A stretch of DNA of 64,000 nt. Source: Gammaproteobacteria bacterium (GTDB taxonomy: Bacteria > Pseudomonadota > Gammaproteobacteria > BMS3Bbin11). The stretch lies in the NCBI GenBank assembly GCA_013150915.1, contig JAADJE010000112.1, positions 318 to 64,317 on the forward strand, given 5' to 3'. Positions 37,391 through 45,785 of the stretch are shown here, piece after piece. The notes beneath the pieces are model-generated. The model saw only the letters and a program-made list of their open reading frames with translations. It was not told the DNA's origin and made no database searches. A program made the position numbers and the translations under genes. Position 1 is the first letter of the stretch. Each line of letters opens with the position of its first letter.

Positions 37391-39890
37391 GCCGGATGGC
37401 CGCGACAGGTTCCAGGTGCGCAGCACGGGTGGCAGGATAAATAGCCGTTACTGCGCCGGTGGCAAACAGGGCAATGGCCGCCCACCATAAACTTCCGATT
37501 ATGAGTACCGGTTTAAGGATGGGTGTCATGCCCGGGATCGCCTCGGTCGCCTGCATCAAACTGGTAAGATCTATACCCACATTGTGATAGTAGGCCGTCA
37601 CCGCAATTCCGAGAATTGTACCAATAACAATACCGATTGCCGATAGCGCCAGCGATTCATAAATGACTATACGCAGTACCTGTCCGGGTTCTGTCCCCAG
37701 CGCCATCATGACACCAAACTCGCGCGTGCGCTCAAGCACCGACATCAATAAGGTGTTCATTATGCCCATGGCAATCACGAACAGCACGATAGCCAGAATG
37801 ATGTAGAAGAACACATCGCTGAATTCAATCATTTGTACAACGACTGGCATCAGCGTTTCCCATGGCAGGGCTTCGAGCCCATTGTTGTCCATGCTGCTAT
37901 TCAAACTGCTTGCAAATACGCGACTATCCCGGCGATCTTTTAGTGATATGGCAATGGTGGAGATGCTGTTGCCCAGTCCTAACAACTCCTGTCCCGCCGA
38001 AAGCGGAATCAGGCCCATCAAACCATCAAAGAATTCATTGCCCGTTTCAAATATGCCCGCGACGCGATAGGCGGCAGAACCCAGGTCGCCATTCACCTGT
38101 TGTGCGGTAACAACTACTTTCTCGCCGATACGGATGCCAAGCTTTTTCGCCACTTTTTTTCCGAGGACGATACTGTTTTTCTCGTTGGCAGCAAGATAAG
38201 TCCCCTTGACAATTACCTTCTGCAACTGTGTAACCCGCTGCTCCCTCTGTGTATCAATACCCAGTATCAGCAAGGGTTCCGATGCCATCGGGCTGCTGAC
38301 CATCGCGCGGGTCTGTACCCGGGGAGACGCCTGCAGAACACGTGGATCCTGCTCCACTTTCTGCAAGATCTGCTCATAACCGCCAATGCGCAGACCCGGA
38401 TCCATATCCAGACGGAATCCCTGGCGTTCTATTTGTACATGGGCACTAAAATAGCGGGTCGAGTTTTCCACCAATTGCCCATACCAACCTTCGATCAAGG
38501 CATATAAAACAATAAAGGCCGCCAGCCCAAACGCTGTGGCACCGGCGGTCAGCAAGGCACGACGCGGGTTACGCGCCATACCACGACTGGCGATGGCCCA
38601 GAATATGGCACGAGTGCGCTGCTGCGTTTTATGCTCGCGAGCCATCTTCTGGCCCACTTTTCGTGTGCGTATTCCACGGATAGCCTCTACCGGCTCAATA
38701 CTCGCCGCGCGCCAGGCAGGATAAAGCGCCGGCACGATGCTGATAAAGAAGACGATGGCAGACAACTCCGCAATATGATCCCAACGTGAAACCGGATAGA
38801 CAACCGCGGAAAGGCCCGGCATGCTTTCCAGGGCCGCGGTAAACTGCTCAAGATTCAGTCCTGTGCTGGCGAGATAGAAATTGATGCCGAGCCCAACGAT
38901 ATTGCCGACGATTATTCCCGCAATTCCAATCAACATCGACTCCAGAATCACCAACCTGACAATTTGGGAACGTGTGGTTCCCATGGCCATCATGACGCCA
39001 AACTCACGGGTGCGCTCCATCACTGCCATCAATATGGTATTGGTAATCCCCACCGCCACCACCACAAACATAATACCCAAAATGATATAGGTCATGGCCT
39101 CGTGGAATAATACCGCCTGCACCACCGACGGCAGTAACTTGCGCCACCCCAGCACTTCGTACTCGGGTCCCAACTGGCGCGATAGTGCTTCCGCCACCTG
39201 GGCCGATTGTTGGCGCTGATTCAGCCGTATCGCCCACGCCGTGACCCGTCCCCACATGGCATACAGATCGCGCGCGGCCTGCAGGGTAAGGAAGACATAA
39301 TTGGTGTCAATGGCATCAATTCCGGTATCGAAAATACCGACAATACGATAACGTCCGGCACCAATTGATCCGTCTGCCGCCTGCGTTATTAGCACGGTCT
39401 CTTCACCCGGTTTGACGCCGAGTATCTTTGCCATTTTATCGCCGATCAATATTCCATTTTTATCATCCGGACGCAGGTAGCGGCCTTCGATAACGGTCTT
39501 GTTAATCGTGGTAATCTTGACTTCGTTTTCTGGTTCGACGCCGACCACTATGACACCACGACTCTTGTCCGTGCCGCTTATCATGGCCTTTCCTTCCAGG
39601 CGCGCGGACAACGCTTTGACATTGCTATTTTTCAGAATCTCTGCCCGAATTGCCGGATCATCGGTGATAGCACGATGTAATTTCCTGTCATCGTGATAAC
39701 CTTTCCCATGTACTTTTAAATGACCTGTCAAATAGCTCGTGCTGTTTTCGATCATCTGCTCGTTCATTCCATCGATGAGTCCCCAGAGAAACACCAGTGA
39801 CGCCAGGCCAACGCTAATCGCGACTACCGTAATCAGGGAACGCCTGACGTTGCGCAGCACATTCCGCCAGGCCAGACGCAGCAGTATCAT
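37383..39890 (-). CDS. ABC transporter permease with duplicated FtsX/MacB-like domains (835 aa)
   Basis: Two repeats, each a large periplasmic domain plus an FtsX 4-TM bundle (NTLLMSVLERTREFGVMMALG / NTILMAVMERTREFGVMMAMG). Confidence 0.85.
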   Translation of the reverse strand: MILLRLAWRNVLRNVRRSLITVVAISVGLASLVFLWGLIDGMNEQMIENSTSYLTGHLKVHGKGYHDDRKLHRAITDDPAIRAEILKNSNVKALSARLEGKAMISGTDKSRGVIVVGVEPENEVKITTINKTVIEGRYLRPDDKNGILIGDKMAKILGVKPGEETVLITQAADGSIGAGRYRIVGIFDTGIDAIDTNYVFLTLQAARDLYAMWGRVTAWAIRLNQRQQSAQVAEALSRQLGPEYEVLGWRKLLPSVVQAVLFHEAMTYIILGIMFVVVAVGITNTILMAVMERTREFGVMMAMGTTRSQIVRLVILESMLIGIAGIIVGNIVGLGINFYLASTGLNLEQFTAALESMPGLSAVVYPVSRWDHIAELSAIVFFISIVPALYPAWRAASIEPVEAIRGIRTRKVGQKMAREHKTQQRTRAIFWAIASRGMARNPRRALLTAGATAFGLAAFIVLYALIEGWYGQLVENSTRYFSAHVQIERQGFRLDMDPGLRIGGYEQILQKVEQDPRVLQASPRVQTRAMVSSPMASEPLLILGIDTQREQRVTQLQKVIVKGTYLAANEKNSIVLGKKVAKKLGIRIGEKVVVTAQQVNGDLGSAAYRVAGIFETGNEFFDGLMGLIPLSAGQELLGLGNSISTIAISLKDRRDSRVFASSLNSSMDNNGLEALPWETLMPVVVQMIEFSDVFFYIILAIVLFVIAMGIMNTLLMSVLERTREFGVMMALGTEPGQVLRIVIYESLALSAIGIVIGTILGIAVTAYYHNVGIDLTSLMQATEAIPGMTPILKPVLIIGSLWWAAIALFATGAVTAIYPATRAAHLEPVAAIRHV

Positions 39891-40585
39891 TTTTTCGCTC
39901 CGGTTTGCGTGCGATCATCGATAATTTTTCCGTCATGCAATGTGACAATGCGGCGTGCACGTTCCATCACCATGGGATCATGGGTGGCAAAGATGAAGGT
40001 GGTCTTGTGGCGCTCATTGAGATCGCGCATCAAATCCAGCAAGGCGGCGCCGGTGTGGGAATCCAGGTTGGCAGTGGGTTCATCTGCCAGCACAATGGCG
40101 GGTTTCGACGCAATGGCACGGGCCACGGCGACCCGTTGTTGTTGTCCACCGGATAGTTGTGATGGCCGCCGGTTTACGTATTGCTCGAGACCCACTTCGC
40201 TCAATATCCCTTCGGCTCGCTCACGCCGCTCCTTGTCCGGCACGCCCTGTAACAACATCACGTATTCAACGTTCTCGACGGCACTCAGCACCGGGATCAA
40301 ATTATATTCCTGGAAAATAAAGCCAATTTCCCGTAATCGCAGGCGAGAGAGCTGGCTTTTCGGCAGGCGACCAATTTCCTGCTCACGAATCCACACCTGC
40401 CCGCGGGTGGGCACGTCCAGCCCGCCGATGATGTTCAGCAGCGTGGTCTTGCCGGATCCCGAAGGCCCCACCAGGGACATAAACTCGCCACCGTTCACAA
40501 CCAGATCCACACTATCCAGCGCATTGACAACGATGCTGTCCTGCTGGTACTGCTTGCTGACTTGTTTAACTGTTACCAGTGTCAT
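39887..40585 (-). CDS. ABC transporter ATP-binding protein (LolD/MacB-type)
   Basis: Walker A GPSGSGKTT, signature LSGGQQQRVAVARA, Walker B IVLADEPT. 4 nt overlap with the permease gene. Confidence 0.9.
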   Translation of the reverse strand: MTLVTVKQVSKQYQQDSIVVNALDSVDLVVNGGEFMSLVGPSGSGKTTLLNIIGGLDVPTRGQVWIREQEIGRLPKSQLSRLRLREIGFIFQEYNLIPVLSAVENVEYVMLLQGVPDKERRERAEGILSEVGLEQYVNRRPSQLSGGQQQRVAVARAIASKPAIVLADEPTANLDSHTGAALLDLMRDLNERHKTTFIFATHDPMVMERARRIVTLHDGKIIDDRTQTGAKK

Positions 40586-40606
40586 GACATTTCTCCAATA
40601 TTCGGG

Positions 40607-41416
40607 CTAACGCCGGCGGCGCAGGTTGCGGAGCGTAAAAATAGAATCTTTTATCGGTTGGTTGAAGACCACATCGACGACACGTATACGGGTGACGTTA
40701 CCGGGTTTCAACGTGGGCCGCATTTCCCATTGCGAGGGTAATTCACGGTCGCCAAACTTGCGGATATCAGAGAAAGTGAGGACCTTGATGATTTGGCCGC
40801 GTTCGTCAATGTACTCCTGCCGCACAGGCATTAAATCTGACTTGCGCACCAGATAAACGATGCTGCCCCAGATTACGGCTGCTTCGGGTTTGGGAGTGGA
40901 GACAACGCGATAAACTTCGGTGCCATTGAGATTTTCAGTGCCAGTGACTTTGTGAGTATAGTCGTTGACCATGCTGCTTTCCTTCACCAGGTCATCGTTG
41001 GAGAAATCCGATCCCATCCAGGGCTGCAACATCATGGAGGGCGGGATTTTGATAACCCGTTCGACCTTAGGCAGGTAGTTCCACATCTCGCTCCTGATTC
41101 GCAACGAACCGATACCGGCTTCCTTGGCCGGTGACAGGATACGGACGAAGCTTTTATCTGGGCGTCGCATCCACATGTTCAACTTGAGCGTACGTTTCCA
41201 GTAGGGTGTAGTAATGGTCATCTCATACTTCCCTGATGCCGTCCTACCCCACAGCCGACTTTCAACAGCGGTCACGATTTCCCTGCCAGTTTTATCTTCA
41301 CTCGCGAACACTGTCCCGTGATAGAGGGAAATCATGAGAAATACGCCCGCCATCAGGGCGCTATATGTCAGGTGCCAACCCGTTCTGGGTCTCATTCGAT
41401 TTGAGATAATTTTCAT
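40607..41416 (-). CDS. Outer-membrane lipoprotein-sorting (LolA-like) protein
   Basis: Signal peptide, then a LolA-like beta-sheet domain. Start set at MKIISNRMRPRTG (41416) with an AAGGAG SD. The ORF track extends to 41521. Confidence 0.6.
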   Translation of the reverse strand: MKIISNRMRPRTGWHLTYSALMAGVFLMISLYHGTVFASEDKTGREIVTAVESRLWGRTASGKYEMTITTPYWKRTLKLNMWMRRPDKSFVRILSPAKEAGIGSLRIRSEMWNYLPKVERVIKIPPSMMLQPWMGSDFSNDDLVKESSMVNDYTHKVTGTENLNGTEVYRVVSTPKPEAAVIWGSIVYLVRKSDLMPVRQEYIDERGQIIKVLTFSDIRKFGDRELPSQWEMRPTLKPGNVTRIRVVDVVFNQPIKDSIFTLRNLRRRR

Positions 41417-41867
41417 TACAGACTCCTTATTGACCGGGTGAACATCCCCAGTTTCGTTAGCAGCCCCAGTTAGGGTTCGCGCGTGACTTTTAATAATGCG
41501 CCAGTACCTGGCACTAAGCAAAGGGTAAGCCGCAGGTTCATGGAACCAACGGGGGCTTTCCTGGCAGATTCGATGCCGCTACCTGGTCTGTGGAGAAGGA
41601 GAAATCAGGCAACCAATGGGCTACCGCCAATGCATTGAGCGCTGACTACATGTTTTGATGGTGTTCTGCTAGACTCTGAATTATCACTCTAACCACCCTC
41701 AGGTGGTGCCAGGGTAAGGGGATTGAATGAAGGCGTCTGAACTGCCCACATCGCCGCTGGCCGCCTGTGAATAACCGGTGAGTAGCGCAGGGATAGCTTA
41801 TTTCGGAGACTGTGGAGACAGGGCGAGCACAGTCGGGTTGCGCACGTTCGATCGTGCTGATACCCGC

Positions 41868-41913
41868 ACCGATGCGGTTTGTAATAACCCGATATACTTT
41901 TTACCGCATCGGT
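41868..41913. promoter_or_regulatory. Perfect 11 bp inverted repeat ACCGATGCGGT...ACCGCATCGGT with a 24 nt AT-rich loop, about 110 bp upstream of prpBC
   Basis: Read directly in the 500 bp intergenic region upstream of the prp operon. Confidence 0.4.
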
Positions 41914-42022
41914 TATATCAGCGCCTTCCATGATCCCCGAATCTATTGTCCTTACACTGTGTTGCTAGCTACTGCAGTGCTGCTGGAAAAATACGGCAGC
42001 GAAACGCTAAGGAACATTTACT

Positions 42023-44056
42023 GTGAGTCCATCGCCATCCAATTCAGCTGATACAGGCCAGCGTTTACGTCAGGCCGTCGATGAAGAACGGCCGCTGCAG
42101 ATGGTGGGCGTACCCAATGCGTATTGCGCGTTACTGGCACAACGGGTCGGGTTCAGGGGGATATATCTGTCCGGCGCAGGCGTGGCCAATGTGGCGTATG
42201 GCCGTCCTGATCTTGGTCTGACATCGCGCGCCGAAGTGGTTGAAGAGGCGCGTCGTATCACGGCAGTTACCTCACTGCCACTGCTGGTCGATGTAGACAC
42301 GGGGTGGGGGGATGAAATAGTGGATTGTGTGCAGGAACTGGAGCAGGCAAGTGCCGCCGGACTGCAACTCGAAGATCAGGTGGACGAGAAACGCTGCGGT
42401 CATCGGCCGGGTAAGGTGCTGGTGTCAATAGCAGAAATGCAGGCCCGTTTGACCGCTGCCCTGGCGGCACGGCAGAACAACAGTTTTGTCATTATGGCGC
42501 GCACCGATGCCGGTGCTGTCGAGGGACTGACAGCTGCCATCGACCGCAGTCTGGCCTATGTCGAAACCGGTGCCGATATGATCTTTGTGGAAGCGCTCAC
42601 TTCGCTGGATGAATATCACCGGTTTACCGAGGCCGTACAGGTGCCGGTGCTGGCCAACCTGACCGAGTTCGGGCAAACCCCGTTATTTGATCGAGAACAA
42701 ATGGCACAGAGCGGCGTCAGTGTATTGCTCTACCCATTGAGCGCATTCCGGGTCATGAGTAAATCAGTAGAAGCGCTTTATGCCTCGATACGCACAGATG
42801 GCACTCAGCGTGCCTGGCTGGAACACATGCAGAGCCGCGAGGAATTGTACGAGCTGCTCGATTACCACACGGCAGAGCTGGCGCAGGATGCGCAACATAA
42901 GAAGGATCGCCAAAAAATGGCCCAGGTCAGGAAACAGCCCAGTGGCGGTCTGGCAGATATCGTTGCCGGTGATTCGGCCATCTGCACCGTTGGCAAGCAG
43001 GGACACGGTCTGAGTTACCGCGGCTATGCCATTGAAGATCTCACTGCCAGCGCCTGCTTTGAAGAAGTAGCCTACCTGTTACTCTACGGTAAATTGCCCA
43101 CCACAGGTCAGCTTGATGCTTATCTGCAACGACTGTCCTCCTTGCGCAAGCTGCCCGAGGAACTAAAAGCCCAACTCGAAATGCTGCCAGCCAGCAGTCA
43201 TCCAATGGACGTATTACGCAGTGGCTGCTCACTGCTCGGGTGTATTGAGCCGGAACACAGCTTTGACGAACAATACAATATCGCTGACCGCTTACTGGCG
43301 ACCCTGCCGGTCATGCTGTTGTACTGGTATGGCTTTCATAAGCACGGCAAACGCATGGACTCGGTTATGGAAATAGCCGGAGAAACAATCAATCTGGCCG
43401 GCAGTTTCCTGCATCTGTTGCACGGTAAGGCACCTACCGAGATACAGCAGCGTGCGCTGGATGCCTCCCTGATTCTCTATGCTGAACACGAATTCAATGC
43501 ATCCACCTTTGCTGCACGGGTGACGGCCTCGACCCTGGCAGATTTTTATTCCTGTATTACCTCGGCCATCGGTACCTTGCGCGGTCCTTTGCACGGTGGT
43601 GCTAACGAAGCCACCATGGCCTTTATCGCCGATTTCTCCGATCCTGATGCCGCCGAAGAGGCAGTGCTTGCTGCGCTGGCATCACACCAGAAGGTGATGG
43701 GCTTTGGCCACCGAGTCTATCGGGAATCAGATCCACGTAACACACTGATCAAAGCATGGAGCAAACGGCTGTCAGACGACATCGGTGATGGTCGGTTGTT
43801 TGCTGTTTCCGAACGTATCGAACAGGTGATGTGGCGCGAAAAAAAATTGTTTGCCAATCTGGATTTCTACAGTGCCTCGGTCTATCACTTCCTCGCTATA
43901 CCGGTGTCACTGTATACCCCAGTATTTGTATGTGCGCGGGTTGCCGGCTGGGCCGCCCATGTTATGGAGCAACGTCAACATAATCGTCTGATCCGGCCCA
44001 CTGCCAATTATATCGGTCCGGACGAAAGATCCTTTGTCCCGCTTGGGCAAAGATAA
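42023..44056 (+). CDS. prpBC: Fusion protein: 2-methylisocitrate lyase (PrpB) N-terminal half plus 2-methylcitrate synthase (PrpC) C-terminal half
   Basis: Residues 1-290 match PrpB/PEP-mutase (GIYLSGAGVANVAYGRPDLGL, LLVDVDTGWGD). Residues about 310-677 are collinear with E. coli PrpC (GLSYRGYAIEDL, LYAEHEFNASTF, GFGHRVYRESDPR, ARVAGWAAHVMEQRQ). There is no stop between the halves. Confidence 0.85.
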   Translation: MSPSPSNSADTGQRLRQAVDEERPLQMVGVPNAYCALLAQRVGFRGIYLSGAGVANVAYGRPDLGLTSRAEVVEEARRITAVTSLPLLVDVDTGWGDEIVDCVQELEQASAAGLQLEDQVDEKRCGHRPGKVLVSIAEMQARLTAALAARQNNSFVIMARTDAGAVEGLTAAIDRSLAYVETGADMIFVEALTSLDEYHRFTEAVQVPVLANLTEFGQTPLFDREQMAQSGVSVLLYPLSAFRVMSKSVEALYASIRTDGTQRAWLEHMQSREELYELLDYHTAELAQDAQHKKDRQKMAQVRKQPSGGLADIVAGDSAICTVGKQGHGLSYRGYAIEDLTASACFEEVAYLLLYGKLPTTGQLDAYLQRLSSLRKLPEELKAQLEMLPASSHPMDVLRSGCSLLGCIEPEHSFDEQYNIADRLLATLPVMLLYWYGFHKHGKRMDSVMEIAGETINLAGSFLHLLHGKAPTEIQQRALDASLILYAEHEFNASTFAARVTASTLADFYSCITSAIGTLRGPLHGGANEATMAFIADFSDPDAAEEAVLAALASHQKVMGFGHRVYRESDPRNTLIKAWSKRLSDDIGDGRLFAVSERIEQVMWREKKLFANLDFYSASVYHFLAIPVSLYTPVFVCARVAGWAAHVMEQRQHNRLIRPTANYIGPDERSFVPLGQR

Positions 44057-44156
44057 TGAACATACTGGCACCGTCGTAGCGAAATGCCAGATTTGACAAT
44101 AACCAGGGCTCACGGCACCATCCCCCTTACATCACTTTTCCGGCGGAGGTGAGGCC

Positions 44157-45785
44157 ATGTCGCAGAATATTCGTGCCCTGAGCGCACGTTCTTACAGGGA
44201 ACGAACGCTGTTCGAGGCACTGCTGGAGATGGCACGGACGACGGGGACGCCTTCTCATGCGCAACTCCGAGTGCTGGGTGAACAGCGTCAGGTTTCACCG
44301 GCGGCATTACTGGGTGCTGCATCCTTTTATGATTTTCTCTCAGAAGACAACCGCAACAAACAGGCCTATGTCTGCAAGGGTACGGCCTGCCTGTTGGCAG
44401 GTGGGCAGGAAGCGGTTCGTGCCCGGCTGGGGGCGCAGTTCTCGGATGAACAGATTGGTGAGGCTACCTGCCTGGGCCACTGTTATCGCGGCGGCGCCTA
44501 CCGGATAGGGGACCACTGTCTTGATGCCGGAGCCGATCCAGATTCTGAGCAGGGGGCAGGGACGATTCCCTTTCATTGCCATACACCGAGCTCGATGTTT
44601 GGTGACAATGGAGACGAGGCCGAAGTCCTTTATCAACGGATATCCCAAACAGCGTCCTCGACCCCGGTTTTATTGCTGTATGAATTATCGATATCCGGAC
44701 TGCGGGGCCGTGGTGGTGCTGGTTTTCCTTTTACCAATAAGCTTGCTGCCTGTCGCAGTGCGCCGGTGCGACAGAAATATGTCGTTTGTAATGGCGATGA
44801 AGGCGACCCCGGTGCTTTTTCAGATCGCTGGTTGCTGGAAGAGCGTCCCCAGCGGGTACTGGCGGGCATGCTGGCGGCCGGATTGGCGATGGGTTCGAAC
44901 ATGGGCTTTCTCTATGTCCGGGCGGAATACCCTCTGGCGCAAAGGCGCGTAGCCGAGGCTATCGAAACATTCGAACAGACGCCCGCCTTTGTACAGGCTG
45001 GATTTCGGTTTCACCTGGTGCGGGGTGCAGGTGCCTACATCTGTGGCGAAGAGACTGCATTGCTCAATTCCATCGAGGGTCTGCGTCCCGAGGTGCGCAC
45101 CCGGCCTCCCTATCCTGCGCAGGCGGGGCTGTTCGAGCGGCCCACCCTGGTAAGTAACGTAGAGACCTTCGCCGCGCTGCCCTGGATACTGGAGAACGGT
45201 GGCGCGGCCTTTGCCGCACTGGGTACAGAGGCAAGTACCGGCACCAAGCTGGTGTCACTGGATCAGGGGTTCAACAATCCTGGTGTACACGAAGTAACGA
45301 TGGGCACCGCGCTGGAGGGGGTGATTTATAATTATGGCGGTGGTTTTCGTAGGGCGGTCAAGGCCGTGCAGGTCGGTGGTCCGCTGGGCAGCGTAGTACC
45401 GGTGGAAAAAATCACCAGATTATCGCTGGACTTTGAGTCATTTGCAGGCGAGGGGTTTCTGCTGGGGCATGCCGGCATCGTCAGCATTCCACAGGACTTT
45501 CCCATGATCGAGTTTCTGCGCCACCTCTTCACCTTCATGGCCGATGAATCCTGTGGGAAGTGTCTGCCCTGTCGCCTGGGCACCGAGAAGGGGCGGCGCA
45601 TGCTGTTGGCGGCGACGGTGGACAGTCCTATCGACAGCATCGCATTTGATGACCTGCTGGAAACACTGGAACTGGGTTCTCTGTGCGGTTTGGGTGGTGG
45701 ACTTCCCCTGCCGGTGCGCAACATCCTGAGCCACTTCCGTTCTGAGTTGGCGGATTATTTCAGCCTGGAGGGGGACCATGAGTGA
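44157..45785 (+). CDS. fdsB: NAD-dependent formate dehydrogenase beta subunit (NuoE-like 2Fe-2S N-domain fused to a NuoF-like FMN/NAD/4Fe-4S module)
   Basis: N-terminal CKGTACLLAG...CLGHC. NuoF-like GRGGAGFP, CNGDEGDPGAF, ESCGKCLPCR. 542 aa. Confidence 0.75.
   Translation: MSQNIRALSARSYRERTLFEALLEMARTTGTPSHAQLRVLGEQRQVSPAALLGAASFYDFLSEDNRNKQAYVCKGTACLLAGGQEAVRARLGAQFSDEQIGEATCLGHCYRGGAYRIGDHCLDAGADPDSEQGAGTIPFHCHTPSSMFGDNGDEAEVLYQRISQTASSTPVLLLYELSISGLRGRGGAGFPFTNKLAACRSAPVRQKYVVCNGDEGDPGAFSDRWLLEERPQRVLAGMLAAGLAMGSNMGFLYVRAEYPLAQRRVAEAIETFEQTPAFVQAGFRFHLVRGAGAYICGEETALLNSIEGLRPEVRTRPPYPAQAGLFERPTLVSNVETFAALPWILENGGAAFAALGTEASTGTKLVSLDQGFNNPGVHEVTMGTALEGVIYNYGGGFRRAVKAVQVGGPLGSVVPVEKITRLSLDFESFAGEGFLLGHAGIVSIPQDFPMIEFLRHLFTFMADESCGKCLPCRLGTEKGRRMLLAATVDSPIDSIAFDDLLETLELGSLCGLGGGLPLPVRNILSHFRSELADYFSLEGDHE

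Noticed and set aside
39909-40610. 233 aa plus-strand ORF rich in Arg/Ser
   Set aside because: Antisense to the ABC ATPase gene, which has a Walker A, signature and Walker B. A low-complexity mirror frame.
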